From Promethearchaeum syntrophicum (GTDB taxonomy: Archaea; Asgardarchaeota; Lokiarchaeia; Sigyniarchaeales; Promethearchaeaceae): DNA of 32,000 nt. Below are positions 1-9,120 of this stretch, in pieces. The position numbers and the translations under genes are program-made. Below the pieces are notes generated by a model. That model did not search any database. It had not been told where the DNA came from and saw only the letters and a list, made by a program, of their open reading frames with translations. The stretch spans positions 1,350,001-1,382,000 of the forward strand of contig NZ_CP042905.2 of assembly GCF_008000775.2 (NCBI RefSeq). Direction: 5' to 3'. How positions within the stretch are numbered: position 1 is the stretch's first letter; every line of letters starts with the position of its first letter.

Positions 1-593
1 TCCGCTTCCAACATATCGTGAGTTAAGAGTATGATTGTATTTCCTTTTCCTTTTAATTCTCGAATAAAATCCCATACTATCCGTCTTGCTTGTGGATCTA
101 AACCTGCTGTAGGTTCATCAAGAATAAGAATTTTCGGTTCATGAATTATACTCATAGCGAGGTTCAATCTTTTTTTCATACCCCCGCTAAATTTTTTAGC
201 CCATCTTTTCTTTCCTGCAATACCTAATTTTTGAAGTAATGCATTAGTTCTTTGTTGTGATTCTTTTAATGGAATTCCATGCATTTGAGCTACAAAAATG
301 ACATTTTCTTCAGCAGTTAATTCATTATAAAAAATATTATCTTGTGGACAGACTCCAATTAATTTAACGATCTCATTTTTTTGAGTTTTAATTGAAAAAT
401 TATTTAATTTTGCATCACCAGATGATGGAGTCAAGGTTGTAGTAAGCATTCGAATTAAAGTGGTTTTTCCTGCACCATTTGGTCCTAAAAGTCCAAATAA
501 TTCTCCTTCTTCTACATTCAAAGTGAGATTATTTACCGCTTTCACATCTTTAAAATTTTTACTAATATTTTTAATTTCGATACAATTTGAAAT
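1..593 (-). CDS. ABC transporter ATP-binding protein (ABC-2/DrrA-like exporter ATPase); C-terminal part lies beyond the window edge
   Basis: My own minus-strand translation gives ISNCIEIKNISKNFKDVKAVNNLTLNVEEGELFGLLGPNGAGKTT (Walker A), then FSGGMKKRLNLAMSIIHEPKILILDEPTAGLD (signature plus Walker B), then LLTHDMLEA (H-loop). The ORF is absent from the track because it runs off position 1. There is an in-frame TAA at 596-594. The first canonical start is GTG at 545-543, so the 5' end is uncertain (see findings). Confidence 0.85.
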   Translation of the reverse strand, partial: MSNCIEIKNISKNFKDVKAVNNLTLNVEEGELFGLLGPNGAGKTTLIRMLTTTLTPSSGDAKLNNFSIKTQKNEIVKLIGVCPQDNIFYNELTAEENVIFVAQMHGIPLKESQQRTNALLQKLGIAGKKRWAKKFSGGMKKRLNLAMSIIHEPKILILDEPTAGLDPQARRIVWDFIRELKGKGNTIILLTHDMLEA

Positions 594-771
594 TTAAATT
601 TACACCCCTATATCCTAATATTCCTTTGTTGGATATCTAATTCAACTCTCATTTTAATTTTTTATTAATTTTTATGATGCCATGTACTATCATGTGTTAT
701 TTAATTTCCTAAATTGTTAATTTAAGGATTATTTATGAAATCATGAAAAAAATTTATATATTGAAAAATTA

Positions 772-1539
772 TCAATTGTAATTTTTTAGCCAATTAATTG
801 AATTTTCAATAAAAAGATCAAGGTGATCATCCTTAAAGTCATGACCTGCTCCCAAAATTTTTACAAATTTATAATCTTCAGTTTGGGGAAAATATTGAAA
901 AGCTTCAAAGTTCCAATCATAAAGTATTCTTTCATCTTTATCCCCTTGGATTAATAAACTTGGGGTTAAATAATTCGCTAAAGCTCCTTCAACATCGAAA
1001 TTTCTTCCTTCTTTCAAAAAATCATATTGAATCATTAGGGGTTCATTATTTAGTGAAGGCATCAATCGAGGTTTGTTTGAAAATTTCGATATTAAAAAAG
1101 CCATAATAAAATGAAATTTCTTAACGTGTCGTGTAAAATAAAAAGCGGGTGCCCAAAAAATGGTTGCTCTTATGTTATCCAGATTTGCAGCTAAAGTGGT
1201 TAATCCTCCAAAACTTAAGCCCAATACGTTTATCTTATTATATCCTTTAGATTTTACCCATTCATGAACATCTTTTAAATCTTGAACTTGCTTTGACAGT
1301 GTTATTGGTTCGCGAGGATTTTTTCCCGATCCAGAAAAATCGAAGGTCACAGCGTCAAATCCTGCTTTGTTGAAATTCAGCGCGGTTTTTGTAAATCGCC
1401 CCCATTCTGTTTGATCTCCACCGAAACCATGACATATGATTACAACAACTGTTTTTTCATATGGTTGACCCGTTTCAAAATGAAGTCCATTTAAATTTCC
1501 CTTTGTGCTTCTGGGGATACTAATAATTTTTTGAGACAT
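772..1539 (-). CDS. alpha/beta-fold hydrolase (dienelactone hydrolase / esterase-like)
   Basis: 255 aa. HGFGG oxyanion region, nucleophile elbow GLSFGG, then GDKDE and GAGHDF, giving the Ser-Asp-His order typical of alpha/beta hydrolases. Confidence 0.75.
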   Translation of the reverse strand: MSQKIISIPRSTKGNLNGLHFETGQPYEKTVVVIICHGFGGDQTEWGRFTKTALNFNKAGFDAVTFDFSGSGKNPREPITLSKQVQDLKDVHEWVKSKGYNKINVLGLSFGGLTTLAANLDNIRATIFWAPAFYFTRHVKKFHFIMAFLISKFSNKPRLMPSLNNEPLMIQYDFLKEGRNFDVEGALANYLTPSLLIQGDKDERILYDWNFEAFQYFPQTEDYKFVKILGAGHDFKDDHLDLFIENSINWLKNYN

Positions 1540-1583
1540 TAATTCTAATTGTAGATTTCTTATCTTAAATCTTTAGAAGACTT

Positions 1584-3194
1584 TTAAGATTGTATGTAAG
1601 ACATCCCTAATTTTAGGGCTAATTCAGCTTTTATTAGTTCTTTTCCTAAATATGCTGCATGATCAAGCTTTGACACTAAATTGGATTTAATTATCATTTT
1701 ATAAAGAGATTCAGCGTTATCACCTACAAGAGTTAGAGTGGCATCTTTAAAATTTACAGAATTATTAAAATGTGTGATCATGATTTGTTTCTTTTTCTCA
1801 TCTATGTAAATCTTAAAATATCCTTTAGGATCCATAATAGCTGGTTGGTCAATAAAATCAATTTGTTTAATAGGTTCATTAAATGAAATATACTTGGGAA
1901 AATCTTGTTTTGACTTAAATTGGAACGCAGTAATTCCTAAATTCAAAGGAGGCACATGCAATTGATTTGCATAATAAGCTAATTTTATGCTTTCGCTCAA
2001 TTCTTTGAGATTATTTCGACATTTATTTGAAAATTCTGTGCTTAAAATTCCACTAACACCTAATTCTACTGCAATTATTGATAATAAAGTATTAATGCCT
2101 GAGGAATCCCCATCAATAAGTTCTGTAACATTTCCAAATCCCATGAAAAGTTCTGGTTTATGAATATATTCCTGATTTTTTAACTCATTATATGTTTGAT
2201 CTATTCTTAATTTTAGAGATGATAAAATTTCAATACTTGAAGTAAATCCCGGTGAAATTGGAACTCCAGTTATCGGATCCATTAGTATCTTAGTAAAACC
2301 ATTTTTTATCAGCACTTTCCATAAATGAATTAGTCTTTCAATCTTTTTTTGGGATGTTAGTGGATTGTGTTCTTTTTGTGAGGTGGGAATGATTACTAAA
2401 GCTGTGTCTTTGTTTAAATCCAACAAATCTGAATAATTTTCAACAGTTATACTAAGCACCATCTGAGCTCCTGCATTAATAGCAGAATGTATTTCGTCAG
2501 AATTTATGCTATCGATGCTAAAAGGAATTTGGAATTTCTTTTTTAACTGTGATATCATCTCAAAAATTACATCACTATGGTTTTCATTTGCAATGCATCC
2601 AAAATCTATTACATTTACCCCATTTTTTATATAACTTTCAACTTTAAAGGATATATCATCAAATGAAAGTTTAGGCGCATCAACAATTTCTCCTATCAGT
2701 ACGGGAGGTAAATTTGGATTGAAAAAAATATTATTTTTCTTATTTTTTAAGATAAATCCATTTGGATGTGGTTGATTTCTAAAATCTTGTCGATTTTTTT
2801 CAATTATTAACTCCAAATTCTCTTTTTTTGTAATTCTATATAACTTATCTGCTGGTGTTTCTGGAGAAAAATTAAATGGATCAAAATTTTTAATTAATTC
2901 GGGTAAATTTACTAAAAATCTTGGGCCTTTTTTTATTTTAGATGAAAATGGTGATTTTATCACTTTTAAATTCCAAGGAATTAAACCTGAAGTAATTACT
3001 AAATCGAAATCATTAGCATCAAATTCAGATAAAGTAGCGGTTAATATTTTTGGAGAGATTAGTGAAATTATTGGGATTTGTGCTTGAATAATTGTTATTT
3101 CGTATATTGATTGTAGATCGCTCCAATCCAGTAATTTTATGTCATTAAATGCGTCTCTTCCTGTAATTAGAAGGATCCGTGTTTTTCTATTCAT
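1584..3194 (-). CDS. long archaeal dihydropteroate-synthase-like (pterin-binding) protein; candidate pterin-condensing enzyme of H4MPT biosynthesis
   Basis: 536 aa. The central region looks like a TIM-barrel pterin-binding domain (VNVIDFGC..., SIDS..., MVLSI...). The size matches the long archaeal DHPS-like proteins. The gene sits in a cluster with mptG, an mptD-like gene and an AfpA-like gene. This call is a recollection of the family, not a search result. Confidence 0.5.
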   Translation of the reverse strand: MNRKTRILLITGRDAFNDIKLLDWSDLQSIYEITIIQAQIPIISLISPKILTATLSEFDANDFDLVITSGLIPWNLKVIKSPFSSKIKKGPRFLVNLPELIKNFDPFNFSPETPADKLYRITKKENLELIIEKNRQDFRNQPHPNGFILKNKKNNIFFNPNLPPVLIGEIVDAPKLSFDDISFKVESYIKNGVNVIDFGCIANENHSDVIFEMISQLKKKFQIPFSIDSINSDEIHSAINAGAQMVLSITVENYSDLLDLNKDTALVIIPTSQKEHNPLTSQKKIERLIHLWKVLIKNGFTKILMDPITGVPISPGFTSSIEILSSLKLRIDQTYNELKNQEYIHKPELFMGFGNVTELIDGDSSGINTLLSIIAVELGVSGILSTEFSNKCRNNLKELSESIKLAYYANQLHVPPLNLGITAFQFKSKQDFPKYISFNEPIKQIDFIDQPAIMDPKGYFKIYIDEKKKQIMITHFNNSVNFKDATLTLVGDNAESLYKMIIKSNLVSKLDHAAYLGKELIKAELALKLGMSYIQS

Positions 3195-3767
3195 TCAAAT
3201 ATCAACATTCTCTAATTCAATTAAATCTTGAATTATTTCTTTTGGATGTTTAAAGAGAGAAACATTTGGAAATTTTTTTAGGTTTAAAGCATTTTGACAG
3301 TTAAATTCATCAATATGTATCATAATTTTCTCACCATTAGGGATCTCTGTTTCAATTTCTCCACAAACTATATCGCAAGGAACGAGTAATATTTTTCCAG
3401 AACCTTTTATCATCTGTGAAAATATATTTGTTATTAGAGTGTCCGCGATACCTATACTCATTTTTGCAACTGAATTGGAAGTAACTGGGCTAATAATTAA
3501 TGCTCTATATTTATTTAGATTAAAACGGGCGCTCACAACATATCCTGGAGATTGACCGCTATCGTAAAAGATAGAATTTAAATGCTCTTTATTTTTTTCA
3601 TGAAGATCTTGAATTTTTTTAAGCACTCCATACATTTTTGCAACCGTTTTTCCCGCTTCTGAGAAAAATATATCGATTTTCCACTTCTTTTCTACTAATT
3701 GCTTCAATACTTCATAACTATCCCGAATATAATGACCTGCGCCAGTAATTCCCCAAGCTAACCTCAT
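3195..3767 (-). CDS. archaeoflavoprotein AfpA/DmrB-like FMN protein; candidate dihydromethanopterin reductase
   Basis: 190 aa. The N-terminus MRLAWGITGAGHYIRDSYEVLKQL matches the AWxITGAGH flavin-binding start of AfpA/HFCD-type flavoproteins. Its stop codon directly abuts the start of the DHPS-like gene. Confidence 0.6.
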   Translation of the reverse strand: MRLAWGITGAGHYIRDSYEVLKQLVEKKWKIDIFFSEAGKTVAKMYGVLKKIQDLHEKNKEHLNSIFYDSGQSPGYVVSARFNLNKYRALIISPVTSNSVAKMSIGIADTLITNIFSQMIKGSGKILLVPCDIVCGEIETEIPNGEKIMIHIDEFNCQNALNLKKFPNVSLFKHPKEIIQDLIELENVDI

Positions 3768-3788
3768 AAAATAATCCTTAGTTTTTAA

Positions 3789-4886
3789 TTATTTAACTTT
3801 ATTGCTCTTATTGTTCGATTTAATTGGGAGGTAGATAAAATCTAATATATTTCCTTCTGCTGCTTCAAGTTGAAGATTTTTTATAATAGGTTGTATATTG
3901 CCTCCAATTAAGCCTTCTGCTATGAACGCTGCACCTTGAGCGGCTCTTTTTGCAATATTACTATAAGTTTTCATAACTCTTACCGGTGCAATGGTTCTTA
4001 ATTTCTCGTCAAATATCCTTTCAATGAATTTCTCATTAGCTAAACGACCTGATAATAGAATAAAATTTGGAGGGGTGGCTTGGTTAAACACTGAACTTAT
4101 TGCAAAAACACCTTTCACAATGTCATCAACATATGACTGGATTGCAATTTTTGCTTGGGGCTCATCTTTTGTACGGAAAAACAATTCTTCAGGAGTGTTA
4201 TTTTCATTTCCCCCAATTGAAATCGCACCTCCTTTATAAATTTCAGTTTTTGTCAGAGGATTCATTAAATATGCTAATTCTGCATCCAGAGAACCACTTG
4301 CTTTAAAACCCATGACGTTGGAGCCACCAATTCCATCAATAATTTGTCCCCTTTCAATCGCTATAATTGCTGAAAAAGCCGCGCCTAACTCGATCATAAT
4401 ATAATTCACATCTGAGCATTGAATTTTGCACATTTCCATAATATCGCGTATTCCAACTACAACAGAGCATACTTTATCTGCAGTCCCCAGATCAATTCGG
4501 TTTATTTTGCGAAATTTTTTTACTGTCGGTAAATGTTTGATTCCAGGTATAACATAAGCTTCTCCTCTTTTCCATTTCATTTGTTTTAATTTATGTAATA
4601 TTTTCTTTAAACCGACAATTTGTGATGTTTTTTCAGTGCTAAGTGCCATATAATATATATCTTCATTCGTTAATTCTTGCACTTTTTTTATAGGATGTCC
4701 AAATCCGCTTGGTGCTATCATGAGATCAAAGGGTTCTATTTCTTCTAATGATAAAAATAATAAATCTGGATTTTTCATTATTAATTTTGATTCAATTGAA
4801 GTATCTATGCAGATTTCATTAGTACCCACATCGTAACCAAAAATGTCCCAAGATGACGTTCCAGGGTCAATTCCAACAACACGCAT
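3789..4886 (-). CDS. ASKHA-fold (sugar kinase/Hsp70/actin superfamily) protein, DUF1464-like; function unknown
   Basis: 365 aa. N-terminal phosphate-1-like motif VVGIDPGTSS. Later DLGTADK and ELGAAFS segments resemble the ASKHA phosphate-2 and adenosine regions. The gene is embedded in the H4MPT cluster. Confidence 0.5.
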   Translation of the reverse strand: MRVVGIDPGTSSWDIFGYDVGTNEICIDTSIESKLIMKNPDLLFLSLEEIEPFDLMIAPSGFGHPIKKVQELTNEDIYYMALSTEKTSQIVGLKKILHKLKQMKWKRGEAYVIPGIKHLPTVKKFRKINRIDLGTADKVCSVVVGIRDIMEMCKIQCSDVNYIMIELGAAFSAIIAIERGQIIDGIGGSNVMGFKASGSLDAELAYLMNPLTKTEIYKGGAISIGGNENNTPEELFFRTKDEPQAKIAIQSYVDDIVKGVFAISSVFNQATPPNFILLSGRLANEKFIERIFDEKLRTIAPVRVMKTYSNIAKRAAQGAAFIAEGLIGGNIQPIIKNLQLEAAEGNILDFIYLPIKSNNKSNKVK

Positions 4887-4918
4887 TAAAATTAATAGGA
4901 GTGAATTACAAATAAATA

Positions 4919-5611
4919 ATGATTATGAATTCAGAGTTAGAATTTGAACCTTTCATTAATTATGAATCTATTGTTTGTAGTTTTTTTCCAGATGCTAAAG
5001 ATAAGGTAAATGCTGCTTGCATGGGTGTTCATTTTACACCTACGAATGAGGTATATCTACATGTCTATGAAGATACACATACGAAATCTATTTTAACTCC
5101 TGGAACTATGTTTTCAATTAATTTTTCAGAAAATTTTTATGAATATGTCATAGCTGCTTTAAGAAGAGAAAATCATGAAGAATTGATTGATGAATTACCC
5201 AGAAATTCTTTTAAGAGTTTAGATCCTGTACCTATTTTAAAATCTGCTTGGTGTGCAGTAAAATGTCAAGTAATTGAAATGCCTCCTGCATTAAAATCTA
5301 CGCCAAAATGTAGAAGAAGAGAATCTCCGAATATAAGGTCAAAGATTCTTTCTATTGAAGTATATAGATTACCTAAAATTTTCAATAATCGTTCCATGAA
5401 TTTAGCCATTGAGGCTTTAATAATCTCAACCAGAATTCCATTATATGATCCAATTTCTAAAGAATATAGTGAAAATATAAAAAACTATATAAATATAAAG
5501 AAAAAATTGATAGAATGGCAAGACATGGATCGATTTCACGATTCATTTGAAGTAATGGACAATTATCTTCTAAATCATAAAGTAAAACCTCAAGATCTAT
5601 TTGATTTTTAA
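4919..5611 (+). CDS. DUF447-like protein (split-barrel flavin-binding-like), a family linked to H4MPT gene clusters
   Basis: 230 aa. The VNAACMGVHF segment resembles the N(A)APMG motif of the DUF447/flavin-reductase-like fold. Context is the H4MPT cluster. This is a low-certainty recollection. Confidence 0.4.
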   Translation: MIMNSELEFEPFINYESIVCSFFPDAKDKVNAACMGVHFTPTNEVYLHVYEDTHTKSILTPGTMFSINFSENFYEYVIAALRRENHEELIDELPRNSFKSLDPVPILKSAWCAVKCQVIEMPPALKSTPKCRRRESPNIRSKILSIEVYRLPKIFNNRSMNLAIEALIISTRIPLYDPISKEYSENIKNYINIKKKLIEWQDMDRFHDSFEVMDNYLLNHKVKPQDLFDF

Positions 5612-5638
5612 AAGAAATGGGCTTTAGCTGTGAAATTA

Positions 5639-6040
5639 TTAAACCTGTCTCACTTCGCGTACATACATCAAGGGGTAGTTAAGATCAGAAATCCATTCGA
5701 CTTTTCCGATTGCAATCCAATCTTCGTATTGTACTTCTACTTCTGCAACTAAATTTCTTCCTTGGATATATGTATAATCAAATTCATGCTGCTTTGTGTA
5801 TGTTTGTGTCATTCCTTCTTTAATCTTTTTGATTTCACAATCTACTCTTTTTACAAATGGTTGGCAAGATATTGATTCTTTAAGCCCATCTGCAATTTTT
5901 TTCATCACTTCATCATCATTTTTAATAGGTGCTCCAATTAATTGATGAAATAATGCAGCAAGTTTAATCCCGACTTCAAATATGGCATGTTCTCGGTTGG
6001 TCATGCCAGAAAAACTAAAATTCTCAGCGAGTTTTTCCAT
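5639..6040 (-). CDS. mptD: archaeal-type dihydroneopterin aldolase (MptD-like)
   Basis: 133 aa, the size of MptD. The motif FEVGIKLAALFHQLIGAPI resembles the conserved GIKLGALYHQF region of the archaeal DHNA family. The gene is adjacent to mptG. Confidence 0.5.
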   Translation of the reverse strand: MEKLAENFSFSGMTNREHAIFEVGIKLAALFHQLIGAPIKNDDEVMKKIADGLKESISCQPFVKRVDCEIKKIKEGMTQTYTKQHEFDYTYIQGRNLVAEVEVQYEDWIAIGKVEWISDLNYPLMYVREVRQV

Positions 6041-6077
6041 GAATTCAAATAATTACATAAACATAAAACTCTTTTTA

Positions 6078-7100
6078 TTAAAAAATTTTCAAAGAAAAAC
6101 CTGAGTTATTGGGTTTTGTTTGAATTATTTTTCCTCCCGGAGATATTGAAGAATCTTCTAATCTGGAACTAATATATTTATAAATTTCCTTTGATTTTTC
6201 TTCTGAATCGGTAATGACAAATACTCCGGGACCAAAAGAAGAAATTCCGACTGGAACTTTAAATGTGGAATAAATATCTCTTAATAAATTAGAAATACAT
6301 TCATGCTGAAGCCCAATTTCAATTTTTTTGAAACCATGGTTATTGATAAACCAAAGAGCCTCAGCAAAATTGTCTAAATCTTTGTTAATAATGGATGGAA
6401 CTATTTGCATTAAAATTCTATGGGATATTTTCTCCACTTCTTCAAGAGGAATTGGAGTAAAATCTTGGAAAATGTTTTGCTCTTCAACATTATTGGCACC
6501 TTGCTTTATTTTTGGAATTAAAAGGAGGATGTTCCAATTTTCAGGCATTACATGGTGAAAAAATGCCATAGCTGGTTGTGCTTTGGATGCTGAAGAAGGT
6601 AAAAATGAGGTTTTTTCTCCATTTTTTCCATAAGAATGCCCTAAATCAAGTATAAACCCGCCTTTTTCGAATATTTGATACCCAATCCCTGATGTTCCTC
6701 CTCGTTCTACTAATGATGCCATTTCTTTAATAGTTAGATTAATTTTCTTTAGATAACATAGACCTTTTACAATTGAAAGGAGAAATTGAGTTTTTGAACC
6801 TAAGCCAACATGAGGAAGGATTGATTTTTTCACCGTAATTTTAATATTCTCATATTTAATATTAAGTTTGGATTCCAATTTGGATATAATGAGATGAACA
6901 TGCTTTAAATATTCATCTGGACCAAAAAATGTGAATTTTTCTCCTCTATTTACTATAGAATCATCATTATCATTAAATTCGATTATAAAATTAGGATTTT
7001 CTAACGCAAATCCAAAACCACCGTCGATTCTTCCTAAGGATCCATTAAGATCGATTAAAGAAAGATGAAGTCGTGATGGAGATCGGATTTGAAACCTCAT
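6078..7100 (-). CDS. mptG: beta-ribofuranosylaminobenzene 5'-phosphate (beta-RFAP) synthase, GHMP-kinase fold
   Basis: RFQIRSPSRLHLSLIDLNGSLGRIDGGFGFALENPN closely matches the N-terminus of the MJ1427-type enzyme (TPSRIHxGLIDLNGxxGRVDGGxGxAL). GLGSKTQ is the GHMP glycine-rich loop. I placed the start at the internal ATG (7100) rather than the track start (7154), which would overlap the divergent gene. Confidence 0.85.
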   Translation of the reverse strand: MRFQIRSPSRLHLSLIDLNGSLGRIDGGFGFALENPNFIIEFNDNDDSIVNRGEKFTFFGPDEYLKHVHLIISKLESKLNIKYENIKITVKKSILPHVGLGSKTQFLLSIVKGLCYLKKINLTIKEMASLVERGGTSGIGYQIFEKGGFILDLGHSYGKNGEKTSFLPSSASKAQPAMAFFHHVMPENWNILLLIPKIKQGANNVEEQNIFQDFTPIPLEEVEKISHRILMQIVPSIINKDLDNFAEALWFINNHGFKKIEIGLQHECISNLLRDIYSTFKVPVGISSFGPGVFVITDSEEKSKEIYKYISSRLEDSSISPGGKIIQTKPNNSGFSLKIF

Positions 7101-7168
7101 AAAACGAATAATATAATTTCTGATATATTTAGAAATTTTTGAATTTGATAACAAACTATAAAGATGTA

Positions 7169-8536
7169 ATGACAGACCTCGAAGGTATTTCGAAAAAATT
7201 ACTAGAAAAAAAAACTCCCAATCATATCATTATTGAACGGTTGATTCAAGAGTATAAAACCTTCAAAGAGTTACCAAAAGATAATCTCACCAGTATGGCC
7301 AATGCTATATTGAAAGAAAGTCAAAACTCCATGATTTCAATTGAAGAAAATTCAATTTTGAAAAACATAATTCAAATTCCAGAATCACATGTCACGATGG
7401 GAGAAGGTGGAGTTGGTTGTCGTGGGAGGGGGGATTTCTTTGTACATGAATTGTTAACAAAAATTTCAGAAACGCAAATTCATCCTTTTATTCCTCCCAG
7501 TTCACTAGATGATACGGGAGCTGTCAAATGGTATAATAATGAGGATCAAGATCCAATTATTATTTTATCAAAGATGGAAGGAATGCATAGTCGATTGAGC
7601 GATTTCCCTTTTTTAGCAGGATTTCATGTTACGCGCGCTGCTTTACGTGATATTTATGTTAAAGGAGGAATACCAATTTCATTAATGGTCGATGTTCATC
7701 TTGCTGATGATGGAGATATCGGAAAACTTTTTGATTTTCAAGCGGGGATTGCTGTAGTTGCTGAATTATCTGGAGTACCTATTACTGCTGGCTCTACCTT
7801 AAGAATTGGTGGAGATATGGTGATCGGAGAGAGGCTTACTGGGGGAATAGCAGGGATTGGGATAATGAAATATCCGTTTTTCCGTAAAAACATCCAAATT
7901 TCCGATGATATTCTAATGATTGAAGGAGCAGGTGGTGGAACTATTGCTACAACTGCACTCTATTCAAACAATCCGGAATATTTGATGGAAACAATTAACA
8001 TAAATTTTCTTAAAGCGAGTAAATGTTTACTAAATTCTCCTAATTTATGCAACTCTATTCATTCAATGAGCGATATAACTAATGGTGGGTTAAGAGGGGA
8101 TTTATATGAAATTTGTAATGAAGCTAACTGCGGTTTTCAAATTGATTTAACTAAGGTAAAAGCTCTGGTAAATCCTAAAATATTGGAATTATTGGAAACA
8201 AATGGTGTTGATTATCTTGGTGTATCGCTTGATTCTCTAATGATATTTTGTGATCCAAAGATTTCTCTTGATATAATTAACAAATTAACAAGCGAAAATA
8301 TTAAGATCAGTAAAATTGGTCATTGTATCGAAGAAAAAGAAATATTTTTTGAATCTGGAACTAATAAGAGAAAAATTTTACCACGATTTCGTGAATCTGC
8401 TTATACTGAAATAAAAAAAGTAGTAGATTTACATCAAATAAATGAAGACAAGATAAAAAACCAAATTAAATCTACTTTTGAGAAATCCATGCAAAAAAGA
8501 AATGAAATCATACAATACATCAAGAATCTTGAATAA
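7169..8536 (+). CDS. AIR-synthase-related (PurM/ThiL/HypE superfamily) ATP-binding protein
   Basis: The LDDTGAV motif is the DDxA(V) N-domain motif of the PurM superfamily. GGIPISLMVDVHL and SDITNGGLRGDL are typical AIRS N- and C-domain segments. The track start at 7139 is TTG. The ATG at 7169 avoids overlap with mptG. Confidence 0.7.
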   Translation: MTDLEGISKKLLEKKTPNHIIIERLIQEYKTFKELPKDNLTSMANAILKESQNSMISIEENSILKNIIQIPESHVTMGEGGVGCRGRGDFFVHELLTKISETQIHPFIPPSSLDDTGAVKWYNNEDQDPIIILSKMEGMHSRLSDFPFLAGFHVTRAALRDIYVKGGIPISLMVDVHLADDGDIGKLFDFQAGIAVVAELSGVPITAGSTLRIGGDMVIGERLTGGIAGIGIMKYPFFRKNIQISDDILMIEGAGGGTIATTALYSNNPEYLMETININFLKASKCLLNSPNLCNSIHSMSDITNGGLRGDLYEICNEANCGFQIDLTKVKALVNPKILELLETNGVDYLGVSLDSLMIFCDPKISLDIINKLTSENIKISKIGHCIEEKEIFFESGTNKRKILPRFRESAYTEIKKVVDLHQINEDKIKNQIKSTFEKSMQKRNEIIQYIKNLE

Positions 8537-8539
8537 TTA

Positions 8540-9067
8540 TTAAATATGTAGATCTTCCATTTTTTTTATCATATGCACTAAATAACTGGTAATTTGATCC
8601 ATTATAATTTTATATGACTGATATTCTTTGATCATAGCCGGATCTTGAATATTCACTTCTTTATTGGATATTCCTAAAGTTGAGAGAAAAATGGCTTTAT
8701 CTCGATATCTTAGAGGCAATTGAATATCTCTAATGCCCTCTGTCATTACAATCAGTGCAGTTGCATTAATTAAGTCCTCTTTATACTTACGCATTCGTCT
8801 GGGGAAATGTTGATCGATTCTATCTTTTAGAATTCTTTCTTCTAAAAGTGCTTTTTCTGTAAACGGATGAATTCTAACATCTTTTTGATTAATAAATCCA
8901 CCACTTTGGATAATAAATTTTTCCTTATTTTTTATTTTAGAATCGGCTAACAATTGTTCAAATTTCATCTCTGCAAAAGGACTTCGACAAATATTACCCC
9001 CACAAAGGAAAATAATATGGATTTTATCATTATTACTAATCAGATTCCAAAATTCGTCTGGTTTCAT
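8540..9067 (-). CDS. low-molecular-weight protein-tyrosine phosphatase / arsenate-reductase-fold phosphatase
   Basis: The P-loop CGGNICRSP fits CX5R(S/T) near the N-terminus, and a DP loop (IQDPAM) lies near the C-terminus. The start is taken at ATG 9067; the track uses TTG 9076. Confidence 0.8.
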   Translation of the reverse strand: MKPDEFWNLISNNDKIHIIFLCGGNICRSPFAEMKFEQLLADSKIKNKEKFIIQSGGFINQKDVRIHPFTEKALLEERILKDRIDQHFPRRMRKYKEDLINATALIVMTEGIRDIQLPLRYRDKAIFLSTLGISNKEVNIQDPAMIKEYQSYKIIMDQITSYLVHMIKKMEDLHI

Positions 9068-9120
9068 AGAAAGCAATATCCTATTACCTACTATATCAAA
9101 AGTTATAAAAAAAAATGATT

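Noticed and set aside
3991-4306. Two plus-strand ORFs (82 and 68 aa) lie antisense to the ASKHA-fold gene.
   Set aside because: They are embedded in a longer, motif-bearing CDS on the minus strand. They have no motifs, and their composition is typical of antisense translation.
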